Source: Vibrio alginolyticus NBRC 15630 = ATCC 17749
GTDB lineage: Bacteria > Pseudomonadota > Gammaproteobacteria > Enterobacterales > Vibrionaceae
DNA length: 32,000 nucleotides
Assembly: GCF_000354175.2 (NCBI RefSeq)
Contig: NC_022349.1
Span: 1,710,001-1,742,000 of the forward strand
Reading direction: 5' to 3'
Part shown: piece by piece, positions 29,047 through 32,000 of the stretch
How positions within the stretch are numbered: position 1 is the stretch's first letter
How the letters are laid out: the number at the start of each line of letters is the position of its first letter
Notes under the pieces: model-generated
What the model saw: the letters and a program-made list of their open reading frames with translations, nothing else
The model's database searches: none
What the model was told of the DNA's origin: nothing
Program-made: the position numbers and the translations under genes

Positions 29047-29793
29047 ATGTCGATGACCACGCACAAATTTGAACATCCGTTAAATGAGAAAACTCGTATT
29101 TATCTAAGAGTGGAGTCTCTGCTGCGTCAGGCTCACTTGGCCTCTGGGTTTAGCGAAAATCATCAGTATCAACTGTTTTTCCGTGCGTTATTCGATATGG
29201 TTGAGATCTTCGAACAAATCCAACTGAAAAGTGAACTGGCTAAAGATCTTGAGAAGCAACGGCTGTCGTACCGCCATTGGCTCAATGTTGATGGTGTCGA
29301 TCAAGACGCATTAAATACCTTGCTACAAGAGATAGATGTCGTTCATAGCCAACTAATGAGTGCTGAACGTTTTGGCCAAGCATTAAAAGAAGATCGCTTC
29401 CTAAGCTCTATCCGTCAACGCTTTAATCTACCGGGTGGTTCATGCTGTTTTGATCTGCCAGCATTACACTACTGGCTTCATCTACCTATTGAACGTAAAA
29501 AGCGTGATGCACAACAGTGGCAAGCAAGCTTAAAGCCCTTATCTGATGCGCTTTCGTTATGGTTAAAGCTCACTAGAGAGACCGGACATTTCAAAGCTCA
29601 AATCGGTCGTGCAGGTTTCTTCCAAAGTGACGCTGATGAAGCCAACATTCTAAGACTTCACATCCCAATGGAATATGGCGTGTATCCTATGATTTCAGGC
29701 CATAAAAACCGCTTTGCGATCAAGTTCATGTCGTTTGAAAACGGTCAAGCATGCACACAAGATATTGAATTTGAACTTGCTGTTTGCAGCTAA
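29047..29793 (+). CDS. zapD: Cell division protein ZapD (YacF)
   Basis: 248 aa. The N-terminus [16 protein letters not shown] matches E. coli ZapD ([16 protein letters not shown]). It sits in the conserved coaE-zapD-yacG order. Confidence 0.92.
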   Translation: MSMTTHKFEHPLNEKTRIYLRVESLLRQAHLASGFSENHQYQLFFRALFDMVEIFEQIQLKSELAKDLEKQRLSYRHWLNVDGVDQDALNTLLQEIDVVHSQLMSAERFGQALKEDRFLSSIRQRFNLPGGSCCFDLPALHYWLHLPIERKKRDAQQWQASLKPLSDALSLWLKLTRETGHFKAQIGRAGFFQSDADEANILRLHIPMEYGVYPMISGHKNRFAIKFMSFENGQACTQDIEFELAVCS

Positions 29794-29825
29794 GACGACA
29801 CTACGCCTCGCCTCCATAATCTAAA

Positions 29826-29886
29826 ATTCAACGCTTTATTGCGCTTATATTTGATAAAATTTCGTAGCAGCAATAGCGCGTTGAAT
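29826..29886. repeat. Long-armed inverted repeat between zapD and yacG
   Basis: ATTCAACGCtttATTGC (29826-29842) pairs with GCAATagcGCGTTGAAT (29870-29886), giving about 15 of 17 positions paired around a 27-nt loop. Confidence 0.5.
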
Positions 29887-29951
29887 AAGCCATCTTTAAT
29901 TCGTTTAGGTATACTACCCTTTAACACCAATTAGTAATGGGACGCTCAACT

Positions 29952-30146
29952 ATGTCTAAAGTTACCATCGTTCAATGCCCACAATGTGGCGCCGACGTAG
30001 AATGGGGAGAACAAAGTCCTCATCGCCCTTTCTGCAGTAAACAATGCCAAATGATTGATTTTGGTGAATGGGCAGATGAAGAAAACACCATCCCAGGCGC
30101 ACCCGATATGTCCGATAGTGATGGCTGGTCTGAAGACCAGTATTAA
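29952..30146 (+). CDS. yacG: DNA gyrase inhibitor YacG (zinc-ribbon protein)
   Basis: The zinc ribbon is CPQCG...FCSKQC, followed by IDFGEWA and an acidic tail. [13 protein letters not shown] aligns with the E. coli YacG N-terminus, so ATG 29952 is preferred over 29937. Neither candidate has a strong SD. Confidence 0.9.
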   Translation: MSKVTIVQCPQCGADVEWGEQSPHRPFCSKQCQMIDFGEWADEENTIPGAPDMSDSDGWSEDQY

Positions 30147-30153
30147 ATTGAGG

Positions 30154-30186
30154 CCTAGGGTAAAGGAATACCCTAGGTTTCTTCTT
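30154..30186 (+). terminator. Rho-independent terminator after yacG
   Basis: CCTAGGGTA / aaggaa / TACCCTAGG, a perfect 9-bp stem, followed by TTTCTTCTT. Confidence 0.8.
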
Positions 30187-30189
30187 GGG

Positions 30190-30320
30190 GAATCTGAATC
30201 ACGGTCCTTCGTCGCTATCCAGAATGACGAATTTTAACCACGGTACTCTGTAATCTTTGACCATCATTTCCTGTCATTCCGAGGAGCCATAGCGACATTA
30301 AGAATCTACTAACAGCAAAG
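30190..30320. repeat. Palindromic MITE/REP-like element, copy 1 (better preserved)
   Basis: It is a direct repeat of the segment at 30361-30490 (offset 170-171 nt). Internally it is self-complementary: GAATCTGAAT(30190)/ATTAAGAATC(30297), GTCGCTAT(30211)/ATAGCGAC(30289) and GAATGAC(30222)/GTCATTC(30273). Confidence 0.75.
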
Positions 30321-30360
30321 ATGAAGCTAACAACTTAAACAATTGCATTCTCGACTAGTA

Positions 30361-30490
30361 GATTCTGAATCACGCTCCTTCGTCGCCTTCAAAATGACGA
30401 ATTTTAACCTCGGTGCTATATAATCTTTGGCCATCATTTCCCGTTATTCAGAGAAGCCATAGCGACATCAGGAATCTATTCACAGCAAGG
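30361..30490. repeat. Palindromic MITE/REP-like element, copy 2 (more degenerate)
   Basis: My hand alignment to copy 1 gives roughly 17-18 substitutions and one 1-nt indel over about 118 nt. The internal arm complementarity is weaker than in copy 1. Confidence 0.75.
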
Positions 30491-30555
30491 TAGAGGCGTG
30501 GAGTGTACGTCAGTGCAGGCGGATGAAAAGAAACGAGCAAGCTAATTACACAAAT

Positions 30556-30586
30556 AAAAAAACGGAGCCCTAAAAGGACTCCGTTT
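30556..30586 (-). terminator. Rho-independent terminator after rplS
   Basis: On the minus strand AAACGGAGTCC / tttta / GGGCTCCGTTT is followed by T-rich sequence (A-run 30556-30562 on the plus strand). Confidence 0.85.
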
Positions 30587-30610
30587 AAGATGAGAACGCT
30601 AGTTATAGCA

Positions 30611-30964
30611 TTACTTCTTAGCAAGTTTCTCTTTGATACGAGCAGACTTACCAGAACGCTCACGTAGGTAGTACAACTTGGCACGACGTACTGCACCACG
30701 GCGTTTAACTTCGATGCTATCAACGATTGGAGAGTGTGTTTGGAACGTACGCTCAACACCTTCACCGTTAGAGATCTTACGTACAGTGAAAGCAGAGTGT
30801 AGACCACGGTTACGGATTGCGATTACAACGCCTTCGAAAGCCTGTAGACGCTCACGGTCACCTTCTTTTACCTTAACTTGAACTACAACAGTGTCACCTG
30901 GTGCAAATTTAGGTAGGTCTGATTTCATTTGCTCTTCTTCAAGAGCTTTGATGATGTTACTCAT
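30611..30964 (-). CDS. rplS: 50S ribosomal protein L19
   Basis: 117 aa: [35 protein letters not shown]...[18 protein letters not shown]. Confidence 0.98.
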
Positions 30965-31005
30965 TTTTTAAATTCCTAGAATAAACTGATACTAAATAAA
31001 TTAGG

Positions 31006-31767
31006 TTACTTTGCGTTATGTTCTTTAATGGCTTTATGCTCATTAACAAACTCAGCAAGTAATTGTTCCTGTTCGTCAGTCAGAGCTAGGTTTTCCAGGA
31101 GCTCTGGTCTTCTTAGCCAAGTACGGCCCAACGACTGCTTGAGTCGCCATTGACGAATGTCCTTGTGATTGCCTGACATCAGTACCGCTGGTACCTCTTT
31201 GTCATCCAATACTTCTGGACGCGTATAGTGAGGGCAATCTAACAAGCCATTTGCAAAAGAGTCTTCTTCTGCTGACGCGAAATCCCCTAGTACACCCGGA
31301 ACAAACCGAGAGACAGAGTCGATTAACGTCATGGCTGGTATCTCACCACCCGTCATCACAAAATCACCAATCGACCATTCTTCGTCGACTTCAGATTGAA
31401 TGATGCGCTCATCTACCCCTTCATAACGACCACAAATCAGAAGCAAGTTCTCATTCGTTGCCAGTTCTTCCACTCCTTTCTGGTCGAGCTTGCGACCTTG
31501 AGGAGAAAGGTAGATGACTTTCGTCTTGCCCGGTGAGGCTGCTTTCGCGGTATGAATGGCATCGCGCAAAGGCTGAACCATCATTAACATACCAGGGCCT
31601 CCACCGTAAGGTCGGTCATCGACTGTGCGATGTTTGTCGTGAGTGAAATCTCTAGGATTCCAAGTCTCAATCGACAAAAGACCTTTTTTAACCGCTTGAC
31701 CTGTTACTCCAAAATCAGTAACAGAACGGAACATTTCTGGAAAAAGGCTAATAACGCCAACCCACAT
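31006..31767 (-). CDS. trmD: tRNA (guanine37-N1)-methyltransferase
   Basis: 253 aa: [48 protein letters not shown]. Confidence 0.97.
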   Translation of the reverse strand: MWVGVISLFPEMFRSVTDFGVTGQAVKKGLLSIETWNPRDFTHDKHRTVDDRPYGGGPGMLMMVQPLRDAIHTAKAASPGKTKVIYLSPQGRKLDQKGVEELATNENLLLICGRYEGVDERIIQSEVDEEWSIGDFVMTGGEIPAMTLIDSVSRFVPGVLGDFASAEEDSFANGLLDCPHYTRPEVLDDKEVPAVLMSGNHKDIRQWRLKQSLGRTWLRRPELLENLALTDEQEQLLAEFVNEHKAIKEHNAK

Positions 31768-31794
31768 GTTTATCTCGCTCTGTAATTTTGGAGA

Positions 31795-32000
31795 TTAGAA
31801 TCCAGGATCCCAGTCAACTTCGATCCGTTGAGCTTCGCGATCAACATTAATGATCACTTGCTCTTCAAGGAACGGGATTAATCGTTCCTTCTGCCCGAAA
31901 GCATCTTTAAGATTTGCTTTAACAACCAGAACATCGTTTGAGCCAGTTTCTAGCATGTCAGTAACGACACCTAGATCGTAACCTTTAGTAGTTACAACTT
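31795..32000 (-). CDS. rimM: Ribosome maturation factor RimM, C-terminal part (the gene runs off the right edge)
   Basis: The minus-strand translation ends ...[62 protein letters not shown], which is collinear with the E. coli RimM C-terminus. The stop codon is at 31795-31797. Confidence 0.93.
   Translation of the reverse strand, partial: VVTTKGYDLGVVTDMLETGSNDVLVVKANLKDAFGQKERLIPFLEEQVIINVDREAQRIEVDWDPGF

Noticed and set aside
30190-30490. The ~120-nt repeats could be integron attC sites (VCR-type) or ERIC elements, both known in Vibrio.
   Set aside because: There is no GTTRRRY core or inverse-core pair at the ends, no adjacent cassette ORFs or integrase, and no resemblance to the ERIC central inverted repeat as I remember it.
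30187-30590. The ~400-nt non-coding stretch between two terminators could be a CsrB-like sponge sRNA.
   Set aside because: I count about 6 GGA motifs on the plus strand and about 7 on the minus strand in ~400 nt. That is the random expectation, not the 15-20 loop-displayed GGA motifs typical of Csr sRNAs.
30448-30807. A 119-aa minus-strand ORF spans repeat copy 2 and the 3' half of rplS.
   Set aside because: It overlaps the highly conserved rplS in another frame, crosses the rplS terminator, and has a low-complexity Leu/Ser/Val-rich translation with no SD. It is a shadow ORF.

Overview
This window reads as conserved chromosomal backbone of a Vibrio. It looks Harveyi/parahaemolyticus-like, because a LuxR/OpaR/HapR-type quorum-sensing regulator sits between hpt and lpdA. 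I assign 31 protein genes, all to well-known families. In order they are: hrpB (partial); sfsA-dksA-gluQ-pcnB-folK-panB-panC; an LpxL-family late acyltransferase; the yadH-yadG ABC pair; a SulP/STAS anion transporter divergent from can; hpt; luxR; lpdA-aceF-aceE-pdhR; ampD; nadC-pilA-pilB-pilC-pilD-coaE-zapD-yacG; and rplS-trmD-rimM (partial). I see no rRNA, tRNA, CRISPR array, transposase, integrase, phage gene or recognisable defence gene. I do not find a novel multi-gene system. Every long ORF left unassigned is an antisense or overlapping shadow of a confidently assigned gene, and the largest non-coding gaps are only about 250-465 bp. As far as I recall E. coli K-12 gene order, positions 1-30146 are collinear with its yacG-to-hrpB segment, so novelty is confined to a few lineage-specific inserts and non-coding elements. 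The items most worth a second look are: (1) two tandem, diverged copies of a ~120-130 nt palindromic MITE/REP-like element at the yacG|rplS synteny breakpoint; (2) the hpt-luxR control region, which has a LuxR-type box, a perfect 12-bp palindrome, a G5/C5 hairpin and a candidate Qrr-pairing site overlapping the longest-ORF start; (3) two perfect PdhR boxes 138 bp apart upstream of pdhR; (4) the SulP-can divergent pair; (5) an extra LpxL-family gene in a synteny gap. The supplied ORF track uses longest ORFs with TTG/GTG starts, so I shortened several starts (luxR, ampD, nadC, pilD, yacG) on homology and Shine-Dalgarno (SD, ribosome-binding) grounds. All analysis was by eye. No GC, identity or folding values were computed by software.
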